From Felis catus (lineage: Eukaryota): a DNA stretch of 64,000 bases. The DNA is taken from positions 2,730,001-2,794,000 of the forward strand of contig NC_058369.1 in the NCBI RefSeq assembly GCF_018350175.1, in the 5' to 3' direction. Of this stretch, positions 40,401-52,337 are shown piece by piece (within the stretch, counting starts at the first letter, position 1; each line of letters opens with the position of its first letter). The notes under the pieces are model-generated. The model was not told the DNA's origin, ran no database searches, and worked only from the letters and a program-made list of their open reading frames with translations. Both the position numbers and the translations under genes were made by a program.

Positions 40401-43400
40401 TCTCCTCGGCACACGACTCAACGCGGGAGACAGGGGGAGATGGGGGGGGGGCATCAGTGACAGGCTGGAGGGAGGAGCAAACAGGAAGTGGTGCACGCAG
40501 CGAGGGGCAGGCAGGGGCTCCCCGGGGAGGCGGCAGCGGGTGGAAATCCGAAGGGCGAAGGGCGGGAGATTGCAAGCGGAGCAAAGGGCCCGTGCAAAGG
40601 CCCCGGGGCAGACGGGGCTCCGGGCGGGGGCGGGGGCGGGGCGCACCGCAGCTTGGCCTGCTGCAGGTGGAAGTGGTCCTCCTGCTCCTCCCACGTCTTG
40701 AAGTGCTCGGCCTCCTTCTCCCGCTGCAGCATCTCCAGCTCCTGCTCCCGCATGGCCTTCTCCCGCTCCCGCTCCAGCCGCAGCTGCTTCACCTGCAGGC
40801 GCACGGGGAGGGCGGGGTGCTGCGGGCGGGCCTGCCCCGCACCCTCCGGGGCCACGGGGGACCCTGGGGTCCGGAGTGGGACTACAGCCCGGGCCTGGCC
40901 CCGGCCCTGGACGCGGACCGGCCAGGGAAGCCCGAGGCCTCAGACGGACCCTAGGGCCGAGGAGCTTCTTTGTGCTGGAGACACGGCAGCCAGGAGCAGC
41001 CGAGACCACTCTGCGCCCACCCCCCCCCGAAGGAGGCGTCTGAGAGCCAGGCCCAGAAGTCTCGGGGCCCTCGGAGAGGTGGAGGGAGACGGCTTGTCGG
41101 AGACGCGGCCCGCACCCCTGGATCCAAGCGCGTCCGGAGCCAGCCCGCCCGGGGGCTTCTGCGTCCACCCACCGGTCGGTCCTTCCCTTAGGCCAGGGTG
41201 GGCCAGCCTCGGGCCCTCGCAGGCCGCGGGCGCAGCCCCACCTTCTGCAGCTCCAGGCGGTTGTCCTCCTGGATCCTCTTGTTCCGCTCCTTCAGCTCCT
41301 TCTCCTCCAGGTGGCCGATCCCCTTCTTCTCCAGGGCCTGGAAGGGCCACGCACACGCCCGCTGAGCAGAGACGCCTCCGTCCCGCCTTCCCGGGCACCG
41401 CCCCGGGGTCCTCTGGGCCGCCCTCTCCAAGACCCAGACGCGGATCCGGCAGGCCGAGCGGCGGCTCTGCAGGTAAGGGGTCCGGCCCCGAGGAGCGGCG
41501 TGCCTGCGGCCACGGCGCCCTGACTTCCTCCGCAGACGCAGCCCCCTTGGCGTTCCCAGGACCGCTTAGAGCAGCCTCCGGCACGGGCAGCACCGGCAGT
41601 AACGTGCAGCGGGGAGGTGGCCGCCCGCCCCGGGGGCTCCCGACGTCACTCACGGGAGCACCCCACCCGGGACCTGCCAGGCTGCCGCACGCAGAAGCCC
41701 AGCTGGGCCAGCTCGGGGTGCTCACGCCCTCGGCAGGTCCGACGCCCGATGCGAGCGGGCGGGGGCGGGACAGCGCCGGAAAGCCCGCGTCGCTAGGAGG
41801 GGCACTGCAGTCCCCGTGCTCACAGACCCCTGGGACACCGCACCCCACAACAGACACTCGTTCCCCGTGTCCTCACCTCCTGGAGGGCGCTCGGGGCGCA
41901 GGGTCTGCAGACCCCTCGAGGACTCTGACATCACAGCTGCTGCCCTAGCCGGGTGCCAAGCCCGCACTTCCGGATGAGCGCTCCCCCACCGACCCGGCTC
42001 CGAGGGCTGTTCGAGGACGCCCCCGCCCCCCCCCACACACCTGCGCCGTCTGGTTTGGGGCCACCCCTTGACGCCCGTGCCACCCCCTGGCCTCCCCAGC
42101 CTCAGCCTGGGCTGCCGCCTCAGGCGTTAACGGTGACTGGACTTCTCACCCCTACGGCCACGCAGAACGGCGGCCCAGGGCACGGACGCGAAGGTGGATG
42201 GCCCGGTTCCAATCATGCTCTGTCACTCACCGTGGGAGACCTCGGGCGGCCGCGGCAGGGACAGTCAGCTCACGGAGAGCGCTGTGAGCAAGGCCGGGCA
42301 CAGAGCGCGTGCTGATGCTCGGCACCGCGCCTGCCCACTCCGCCAGCCCGTGGCCCCGGGACGGGGGGACAAGCGCGTGGTGCTGCCCAAACTGTGGGCC
42401 TGTCCGGAGAGGCCTCAGAGGCTGAGCGGGGGCCGACCCCCCACGTGCTTGTCACAGGAGGGGCCGATGGCCTCCCCTGGGGCCAACTCCCCAGGGCCGC
42501 TGCGGCTCCAAGAAACACTAGGGAAAATGTCTGAGCACACGCGCGTGCAAATCACACCAAGCTCGCTCATCTGACGCTCACTGAGTGCCGACCGTGAGCC
42601 AGGCTCTGGGGACACAGCTCGCCCTGTGGAGCTCACGGCCTGGCAGGAATCACACGTTATGGATCAGACCCCGTGTTTAGATGTCAGCTTTGCAACGAGA
42701 CCTCTCTGGGCCCGCTAATTTTATTTTTGGATGAGCGAGCGCAAATGGGGGAGAGGGGTTGGGGAGGGGGAGGGAGGGAGGGAGAGAGAGAATCTCAAGC
42801 GAGCTCCACGCTCAGGGCAGAGGCCTACTTGGGGCTCGATCTCATGACTGTGAAATCATGACCTGGGTCGAAATCAGGAGTCGGGCGCTCAACCAGCTGA
42901 GCTATGCAGGTGCCTCATGGCTTGACTTATCCTACTTTTCATGTTTATTTATTTTATGTTTGAGGGGGAGAGAGAGAGAGGGAGAGAGAGAGGGAGAGAG
43001 AGGAAGGGAATGCACGCTCACGAGTTGGGAGAGGCAGAGGGAGAGGAAGACACAGGACAGCAGAGAGTCCGACGTGGGGCTTGAACTCACGAACTCACGA
43101 GCCGTGAGATCGTGACCCGGGCCGAAGTTAGACGCTCAACCGCCTGAGCCCCCCACGCGCCCCGGACTGGCTGATTTCAAACTACAGCCAGGGCATCCCG
43201 ACACCTGCCTGCCTTCTCTCCTCTGCGCGCTCTGCTAATCTGCTTCTCGACAGGCTCTCCCCCACGCGACGGCTGGCTCCGCGGGGATCTCTCTCCTGCT
43301 CGCTGACGCCCGCCAGGGCCCACACGGCCTCCAGCACCAGCGGGCGCACGGCACACGTTTGCTAGTAAAACGCTAGGGAGGGCGAGGCCGCGCCGAGAGG

Positions 43401-46400
43401 AAGAGCACCCGTGGGGCCGAGGGGGCCGGGCAGGCCCTCAGAGGCGGGAACGGGTGAGCTGAGATCCTCAGGAAGGAGAAAGACCCAGCCAGAGAAAGAG
43501 GTGGGGAGGGTCCCGGGTCGGGGAATGGCGAGCTGCGTGTTCAAGACAAAGGCAAGAGACGGTGCCTGGAGCGCATGCGGTGAGCGGCGGACCCCTGGCA
43601 CCTGACCGTGGCCGCCTGCTCTCGCCCCCCCAGGCCCTCCCTGCCCCCTCTCACCCCCCACGACGAATGGGTGCTGGGTTAGCATGAAGCTGTGTCCAAA
43701 AAGATCCGTCCACTCACCAGCCCGGGAACCCGTGCAGATCTTTAAAACAGGGTCTCTGCGGGTGTGATTAGTTAAGACGAGGTCACATGGGACCTAAACA
43801 GTCTCCAAGCTGATGACTGGTGTCCTCGGAAGAAGGCAGAAAGCGGGCCACAGAGGCACAGGGCGCAGAGGCGCAGCCTCCAGGGCTGGGAGGGAGGGAA
43901 CGCCCGTGCTCTCAGTCACAAGCGCGAGGCGGGACTGGCGGGTAAGGGACCGTGTGTAACTTTTCGTCGAGAACGAGGTGTTGGCGACGGGGACCGCGGA
44001 GCATCTGTAACCGGAATCCCGCCTTGGGCGAGCGCCGCAAAGGCCCCGGAGGCCGGGGCTCGAGAGCGCGCGTGCGGACGGAAGACACCCCCGAGGGCAG
44101 CGACCCACCCGGGCTCACCTTGTTCCAGATGAAGGTGCCCAGGAGGTTGTTGTCGCCGAAAGGGTTGTCGGTGTTGGTGTAGCCCATGTACTCCTCCCCC
44201 CAGCCCATCTTCTCCCGCTTCTTCCTCTCCTTGGCCTCCTTCTTGGCCAGCCGCCGGGCCCGCTTCTCCTCGGGGGTCTCGAAGGCCTTCATCAACTCCT
44301 CCTGCTGCTTCCGCTCCTCCCGCAGCCGCAGCCGCTCCTGCAGGCTGTGCTGGTGGCTCAGGGCCGCCGCCGCCTCCCGAGGGCTCTGGGAGCGGTCCGG
44401 GGAGGCCGAGCCGGACGCCGAGGAGCCCGGGGACCAAGAGCGCGTCCGCCGCCGGCGGGCCCACCGGCCCCGCTGCTGCTCCTGGCGCTCGTCATCGGAG
44501 TCAGACTGGGAGGACTGGCCCCGTGAGCGCCAGCGTGGGGGCGGCGGACTCTGGCTCTGCCGCCTTCGCCGCCGCCGCCACCGGTGTTCGTCCGAACCTG
44601 ACCTGGGGAGGGAACCCGCAAAGGTGCGCTCGCTGCCAGTCTTTTGTTCGGCAGATGTTCACTGAGCACCTGCTCTGCCAGGCGCCGTTCTAGGTTCTGG
44701 GGACGCAGCGGTGACCAGCAGTGCCACCCGCGGTCCCCGCCTTTGGGAGGCTCACGTCAACAGATAAACACGCAGCGTGACCCTAGGCAGTGCTACGAGT
44801 CACAAAGAAGAGTGACTGAGCGTTAGTGGATGGAGATCTGAGGAGGCAACTGGACGATGTGGGGGAGGGGGCCACAGGGAGAAAGTGATCTGGGCAGCAG
44901 TCACAGCAAGAGCAAAGGCCCTGGGGCAGGAGTGTACTCGGCGTGTTCAAGCAGCAGTGTGGAGGCCCACGTGGCTGCAGAAGAGCGTGAACGGGGGGGA
45001 GTGAGGAAGGAAGGGCGGGCAGCGAGGCAGGCTGGGGCCAGACGGCACAGAAGCTCTAAGTGGAGGAACCAGAGGACCTGATCCGTCCAAGGCGACAAGA
45101 GAGAGCTTACAGGAGAAGGTGGTGTCTACACTGGTCCCGCAAGCTGGGCAAGAGGGAACGGAGTAAGCGTCTCGGGACTGAAGAGCCAGGGAAAAACACC
45201 GGGCAGGCGGGCAGGGGATGGAATGTGCGAGCCCTAGAGATAGATTCCTTAATGCTCAGGGCCCTTTGAACGTGTACAGCGACAACCGAATCTCTTTATT
45301 TCGTTAAATGCCCCACCTATGAAGCTCGGTGAAAAAGCCTACGCCCGGGAAACCAATTTCTTGGGAGTCCCTACACGCAGACTACGCATTCGGTCAAATT
45401 TTCATAAACCACATCGACTCGAATTACAGACCCAGGATGGCTGGTTCTTGTAACTCAAACACCAGAAAACAGCAAACGAAAACCATGCAGGCATGACAAG
45501 GCTTCCTGCTGTACGTGAACCACTGGGGAAAACACCAACACCAGGGACCCCAACCAGGGTCAGCAAGCCTTCTCTGTAAAGAGCCAGACGGTCTCGGACA
45601 CCACTGTGCTGTCCCTACTGCAGAAGCAGCCCCGCACAGACAGGAACAAAGGGACATGGCTGGGTCCCAATACACTTTCACTTGTGCACGCCAAACCTGA
45701 ATATATTCGGAGACCTCATACAATTTCCACATATTATGAGATACTACTTTTGACTTCTTCCTCACCATTTCAGTACGTAAAAACTGGGGCGCCTGGGTGG
45801 CTCAGTCAGTTAAGCGTCCGACTTCGGCTCAGGTCATGATCTCACCATTCCTGGGTTCGAGCCCCACATCAGGCTCTGTGCTGACAGCTCGGAGCCTGGA
45901 GCCTGTTTCCGATTCTGTGTCTCCCTCTCTTCCTGCCCCTCCCCTGCTCGCCCTTTGTCTGTCTGTCTCTCTCTCTCTCTCAACAATAAACATTAAAGAA
46001 AAATAATAATAATAAAAACGTAAAAACTATTCTTGGTTCACAGGCTATGGAGTCTTGGAGTCACAGGCTTGTAACTTTTTGGAATTCCGGGGTTGCAATG
46101 ATCTTAGGAGACTCAAAAAAGGAAAAACCACCTTCTCAAATGTAGAGGGAAATCAACCATGTCTGATTACAGCCACTCTGGCCGTGGGGTGAACGGGCCC
46201 AAGGGACGGGAGACTGGGCATGCTGGGAAAGCCCCCATGGAGATCTTGAGGAAACTTGGGCCACAGTGGGGCAGGGACTGGCCTGAACGTCACGGGTCAC
46301 ATCCCGGGACCTAGGTCTGGAAGTTGGTCCCTGGCACCGTTCTCGTCCCTCTATGCCGGAGGAGACTCCAGCCAAATCTGGACAGGTGTCCCATTTCCAA

Positions 46401-47249
46401 AAGAAAGGGGCTGCTGGCCGCGTGGAAGCTGAGACCCAGGTCCTAGGAGTCAACCCAGTCCTGCCACCTGTCATCAACAGTTCTTTCGTCTGACACCCAC
46501 TTCCAAGAGCAAGTGTTGCCGCCCCGACTCATGAAATCCCTCTCAGACCTACCCATTTCCCCACCGAGCCTCCCACTGCCTCCTCTCTGACAGCCACCGC
46601 CGTCTGTTGCCTAGACAACTGCACCATCCTCCTCCTCCTCCCCCTCCCCGTTGTCATTCCAGCCAGCCTCCTCAGTCCCTTTTCCACGCGAAAACCGGAG
46701 GAAGTTCCACAAAGTCAGTCAGACCCCATCGCTCTGCTCAACGCCCCCCCCCCCCCCGCATGGCTCCCTACCTGCCTCCGAGTAACGGCCAACCCCGTCA
46801 CCACGGCACACAGAACTGCACGATCCGGTCTCCTCTTACCGCTCCGACCTCGTCTCCTACTCCCCTTCCCGTCCCGCCTCGCTCGCTGCGCTCCTTCCGT
46901 TCCCTCCAACCACCAGGTGCCCTGCCTGGAACGCCGCTCGCCTTCCTTTCGCTGCCTGGTGAACTGCGACTCGTACTCGGACGTCCCCTTCTCCAGGGAG
47001 CCCTCTCTGACTAATCCGTGGGTCTCTGGCTCCCCGAGGGCGGGAGCCGGATCCCCAGCGCTGTTCGCGCAGAGACCCCCACCTGCGCTCCCGGCTCTGC
47101 CGCCTCCGCCTGCGCCGTACTTCGTCGTCCCGGCGCCGGCGGTCTCGCCGCTCATGGCTCCCGCTCCGACTTCGGCTCCGACTCCCGCTCCGTTGCCTGC
47201 GGCCCCTGCGACCAGCCGACCGCGAGCGCGAGCGTGTGTCCCGACCCAT
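34483..47249 (-). CDS. CACTIN: Splicing factor Cactin, spliced CDS, 754 aa
   Basis: Exons 47249-47083, 44602-44119, 41337-41242, 40792-40647, 39812-39650, 39562-39448, 36493-36301, 35722-35600, 35466-35180, 34973-34483 (2265 nt). RS-rich N-terminus MGRDTRSRSRS, mid domain (SKIRIRDGRAKPIDLLAKYI) and C-terminal cactus-binding domain (KPRFFNRVHTGFEWNKYNQTHYD...FKRYRYRR*). Confidence 0.97.
39286..39301 (-). promoter_or_regulatory. CTCF core motif GCCACCAGGGGGCAGC
   Basis: Near-perfect match to the canonical CTCF core consensus, in CACTIN intron 6. Confidence 0.55.
42718..43165 (-). mobile_element. Two tandem minus-strand CAN-SINEs
   Basis: Two T-rich tails with GA tracts and reverse heads. Confidence 0.8.
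45786..46030 (+). mobile_element. CAN-SINE
   Basis: Full head, CT tract and A-tail; TSD acgtaaaaact; adjacent to a MER58-like element. Confidence 0.88.
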
Positions 47250-47830
47250 CAGCTGAGACGGTGGCGGCAGAGCTGACACAAATATCCGGGGCCTGCGCCA
47301 GGGGCCTTCTTCCCCTGCGGCGCGCGCCTGGCTGCCCCGTCCGCGCCTGAGCCGGGAGATGGACACCTATCTCGCCGCCCCATCCCGCGGGGACTCCGAC
47401 TCCCCGTAACTTCCCCACCGCCCTCAAACGTGGCCCGTGTGACGGACTTCTGCCGGACTTTCGTCTCCGGGGTCGGGGGCTCGCCCTTTAGGCAGTGCTA
47501 GGGGTAGCCCCACGTGGGTCCTCGCGCCTTGGTGGGGGGCGGGGCTAGGAGCCGTGGGCGGAGCCAGAGCGAACCAGGAACTGCGAGCGGGGCGGAGCCT
47601 GGGGAGGCGGGACCAAGAACAATGGGCTCCGAGGGAAAGTGGAGCCGACGTGGGCGGGGCCCCCAGGGAGGGAACAAGAGGAGGCGTGGTCTGGGGGCGG
47701 GGCCAGGGGAGGCCAGCCACGCTAGCGAGGTCTCAAGCCGGTGCGGGCGTGAAGCTGCGAGGTCGTCGGTTGAGTCCAGACTGCGACGGAAGGCGACGGA
47801 AGGCGACGAATTGAAACCAGGTCGGAGAAT
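46900..47830 (-). promoter_or_regulatory. CACTIN: CACTIN CpG-island promoter
   Basis: CpG-dense around exon 1; several GGGGCGGGG GC boxes (47536-47702); tandem gcgacggaag ETS-like cores at ~47783-47802. Confidence 0.7.
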
Positions 47831-48473
47831 GAAGAGCCTTGAGGCTGGGCCGACCCTTGAGAGCGACCATCATATTCCATCGCTCGAAATGAATACCTAT
47901 GTGTTTCAAGGGTTAAGTTAAAAAAAAAAAAAACTTGGATAACTCCACGAATTAACCGTCAACCCATTTTACGGACAGTAAAAACTGGGGCTCAGAGATG
48001 GAAAGTCACTTCAATAAGCAGTGCCCCCACAGCCCCAACGAGGCAACAGGGAGCTGGGATCTGAACTAGGTTGGGGCAGCTTTGTTTTGTGGGTGCCGGG
48101 GTGTCACAGGAGGGCTCTGAGCAGGGACAGATGGGCTGGGGGCCGGGGGGCACGCTGGTGGAGTCCCTGCTGGACTCGTGAGGAGGATGGACCACAGCAG
48201 GCAGGTCCTGAAGACCCTGAAGTCCTGTTCCAAGCTTCCCCAGCCCACCCCAGAGGATGGTACTTGATATTCTAGTTGGAAGCTCTTCAAATGTTTGTCT
48301 TGGAGTACTTCATGACATCGTCCTAAATGCTAGCTTTGCATTCTCTGCTTGGAGCCAAGGCGCAGAGTGGGGCTGCTGGTGGGGAGGACTTTCAGAAGAC
48401 CACCTCTTGATAACAAACCTGCTTTTCATGGGATGTGGGCTGGGTGGGGGAGGGGTCTGGCCTTGTAACTTTC

Positions 48474-48687
48474 TTTTCTTAATTTTTTTTTTAACATTTA
48501 TTTATTATTGAGAGACAGAGCATGAGGAGGGGAGGGGCAGAGAGAGAAGGAGACACAGAATCCAAAGCAGGTTCCAGGTTCCGAGCTGTCAGCACAGAGC
48601 CCGACGCGGGGCTCGAACTCACAAACCAAGAGATCATGACCTGGGCTGAAGTCGGACGCTTAACCAACTGAGCCACCCAGGCGCCCC
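48474..48687 (-). mobile_element. CAN-SINE
   Basis: Perfect TSD tggccttgtaactttc on both sides. Confidence 0.92.
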
Positions 48688-49109
48688 TGGCCTTGTAACT
48701 TTCAAAATGCACATGTATCTTTGACAGTATCTGAATACTAATCTTTGAACATGACGTGATGGTGAGCACGTTCCAGATCATCTCATCTGCACGTCTAGTT
48801 TACAAACGAGCTGTGCCGTTCTGCATCTTGATTTTAAAACTGGATTTCCAAGGTCCTGCTTACAAATGGGACCTTTCAAAGCAGTGCTTCTTGGATTGGA
48901 AATCCTGGACAAATACTTTTGCTATAAAAGGGGTCCATGCATTACTCAACTTGAGCAAGTTTGGCAGAACGAATACAAACTCTGGGGAGTGTTTGTTCTT
49001 TTACGCTGGGCTGCACTGATGTCAGAAAATTATACAAGTTTTCTGAGTTGAACTGGAACCCCAAGCAGGCCACGGCTATTAAGGCATCTAGGTCCTGTTG
49101 TTATTTAAA

Positions 49110-49311
49110 ACATTTTTTTTTAAATGTTTATTTATTTTTGAGACACAGAGTGCTACGAGGGGAGGGGCACAGAGGGAGACAGAATCTGAAGGAGGCTCCC
49201 GGCTCTAAGCTATCAGCACAGAGCCGGACGCGGGGCTCGAACCCATGGACCGCGAGATCATGACCTGAGCCGAAGTGGGACGCCCAACTGACCGAGCCAA
49301 TCAGGCGCCCC
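49110..49311 (-). mobile_element. CAN-SINE
   Basis: Reverse SINE with T-rich tail. Confidence 0.85.
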
Positions 49312-49438
49312 ATTCCTGTTATTTTAAATCTTACCAAGGTTTCCTTCTGCTCTCGTTCAAAGTCAGTCCTCACGTTCCCAAGCAGACCACCGGCACGCAC
49401 AGAGGCAAAGAGAACGAGGGCTGATGCTTATTACCCGA

Positions 49439-49444
49439 TTTATT
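49439..49444 (-). terminator. PIP5K1C: PIP5K1C polyadenylation signal AATAAA (minus strand)
   Basis: tttatt ~2.9 kb past the stop, with a second variant signal (AATAAG) at 49427-49432. Confidence 0.65.
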
Positions 49445-52337
49445 AGAGAGATCTCTCCAACGTAAAAAGAAGGAAGGGTGGCGGGGATGGGGAGCGGGGG
49501 CCCAGGGCTGCATATGTTATTTGGGGCCAGCAGCGGCTGCACAGTTACAGAGGTGCCCACGGCTCTGGGTTTGAGCGAGACGGCATTCTGTGCCCGATGA
49601 GGCCGCGCTCCAGATTGTCACACACCAGACCATAGGGGCTGAGCACACGGAACCCCCTGAGAGAATTAAGACACACGAGGTTTGCAGTTTCGTTGTTTTG
49701 AAATCAGTTCGACCATAAAAACGAGATGGGGGCGGGGCAGGCGATGCAACTGAGCCACCAGAGAAAAGGCGGTGGAGGGCGTTGACCCGCAGTGCGGACC
49801 CAGGGGCTGCAGCGACAGTACCATGGCAAGGGACCCCAACCGGAAGGGGAGTATTGCACTGAGCCAAGTGGTGGAGGGAGGGGGCGAGGCTGGACAGAGG
49901 CCAGCGAGGGCTCTCAGGAAGTTGCACCTAGACAGTCTCAGGAAATGCCTTTCTTTTGCACAGACTGCCAGCCAGCGCTCAGGCTCCCAGCTCTCAGGGA
50001 CTGCAGCCATCAGAGATGAGCCAGGAGGGGAGACAGGGTGTCGCCACGAAGGAATTTAGATTCCTGTGCTGGGGGTGGGGGGGTGGGTGACAGCTGGCTG
50101 GGTCCAGAGCCTTCCTCTGGGTGGGGGTGGGAGCTGGGAGAGGCCACGAATTTGCTACACATTATAAATAAAGTCTTGCCTTCCTGACCCCTGCCCGGAA
50201 AGTAAGCAAACCCCTCCCATCGGCACAGTCTGCAGGCCACGCTAGCATCCACGTGACAGTTCTCTGAAAAGGGACAAAGGATGCAACCAGCACAAAACAG
50301 GTCTCCAAGGGGGTCTTAGTGACCTGCACAAGAATAGAAACGTCATGATATCCAGGAGGCTTGCAAACTTCTCTTGTATCAGCATCCCAGCCATGCCTTT
50401 GTCCCGTGATTCAGGAAAGCCCAAGGGGGCCAGCAGGGCTCCCCCGCTCCCTCCTGAAGCTCCAGGTGGCTGAGCGCGCCCTGGACACGGGGCGCGCTGC
50501 TCCGGGACAGTGCCTGCTGCTCTGGTCATCCCCGCAGAACTCACATCCGTGCCCGGGGAACGGGCTCTGACACCGGCTTCCGGGTGACACAGCGGTCCTT
50601 GTTAGTCATCAAGGTCTGAGATGCACCTTCGGACCTCTGTCTGCTCCGCCGTCATCCCCTTGATGGGAAGGGGTAGGGATGGACCGGCGACTTGTGGCAT
50701 GCAGCCAGGGCACCCGCAGACAGATGCTGGTCTGAAATCCAGGTGAGGACGCTTCCCAGGGTCTGGACAAAGGCTCCTTGGGCAAGAGGGAGAGGACACG
50801 GTTTTGCTTCTAATCTGGGACACCCACAGGCTTGTTCTGACGGGTCGTCTGAGGGCTGTCTTCCCTGGGCTGCACGCTGGCACGTCCCGGGAGCCCCTGT
50901 GCCAGCAGCTAGGGGACGGCCCCCAGCATGCAACCTGGTTCTCCAGGGAGGAGTGGACAGCAGCCAGGCCAGCAGGCTCCCTCCAGGTGCACAAAGCGAG
51001 CCGGGTGAGGGGACACGAGGGCAGACGAGGGACCCACACAGGGAACAGCAAACTATGCAGCTCCCAAGGGACTCGGAAAATCAAACTCCTGGATCAGCAG
51101 GTTCTCCACCAGGGAGGCCAGGGCTGGGAGAAATTCTTCCAGGTGAGGCTTCTGCTCCAAGCCAGCTCCCAGCTCTCCCAGGCGAGCGAGCCAGCCAGTG
51201 GGGGGCAGAGTGGGCAGGGGGAAGCCACCCCCACTGTGTCACCTTTCAAGAGGTGGGAGTGCATTTGTGTGGGGGCAGGACAGACCCTGCGATGCTGTCG
51301 GCTCCCACCGTCCCCTCTGGACACGATGGGGTCTCTGAGCCCGGAAGGGGCTGCCCCTGCTGAAGATGACAAACTAGAAAATTTTTGTTTTTCACGAAGA
51401 ATTTCTTCTCTTATCGTTTGACTCACAGATGCATCGCTGTCTTAAAAAAACAAACAAACACACACCCATCCCAGTCCTGGGGGGCCTGGAACTGGACAGC
51501 TGGGCAGCCTGACCATGGGGGGGACCCCTGTGCCAGGACGTGATCTCCGGAAGTCCCACGGCCTGGGGCCCAACGTCTCCCTTCGCTTGGGCCCCTCTTC
51601 TGGACAGCGAGCAGGCCGCGTGGGGACCACAGGGAAGCCCACCGTCCTGAGCTTTGGCGAGAGGGGCGGCCACTGGCCATTTCTACTCACAGGTCAGCTG
51701 GCAGGCAGGTGGTGGGAAACAGGTGCAGAGATTACAGGCATCAGCGGGGTGGAGAGCCCCCGCCCCCCAGACCACCGGTGGGCCACCCCCAAGGGCGGAC
51801 GTCACGTGCCTGGCCGCAACACCTAGCCAGGGGGGCCTGTGGTCCCAGGCACCGGCGGGGACTCCGTGGTCCTTCCCTCCTCGGCGCCCCGTCCAAGCGG
51901 AGAGGCGGAGCCTCGGAGTGTGGGTTTCAGCCTGGGTGACCGGCCCCCCTCAGAGGGCGCCAGGTCCCCCGAAGCCAACTGGCCTCGTTCCCTCGGCGAG
52001 ACACATTCAAGCACAGCAAAGAACCACAAGGTGCGGTGGGGTGGTTTCTCTTCTTTTCCCATCACGGCCTTTTTTTTTTTTTTTTTTTTTTTCCTTTTTT
52101 ATCTTTTTCTAAAAAAGCACACGTGTGCTGCCGTCTTTGTGCAAAGAGTAAGGACCCAAAATAAATACATGATCGGACACTCAGGGAGGTTCACAGTCTC
52201 ACAGGCGTAGGTAGTAGACGGGAGCTGGGGGCCGCGGCCGTCGTGGAGCGAGGTCCGGCGGGCGGGCGGGCGGCGCCTCCGGGAAGCAGCCAGGGCGGCA
52301 GCGAGCGCTCGGCTCTGGGTCGGTGACTGCATAGAAA

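Noticed and set aside
40488..41948. 486-aa plus-strand ORF
   Set aside because: GC-rich stop-poor frame antisense to CACTIN exons 3-4.
46606..46619. X-box-like GTTGCCTAGACAAC in CACTIN intron 1
   Set aside because: Lies in sequence resembling a decayed L2 3' end, so it may be a chance match.
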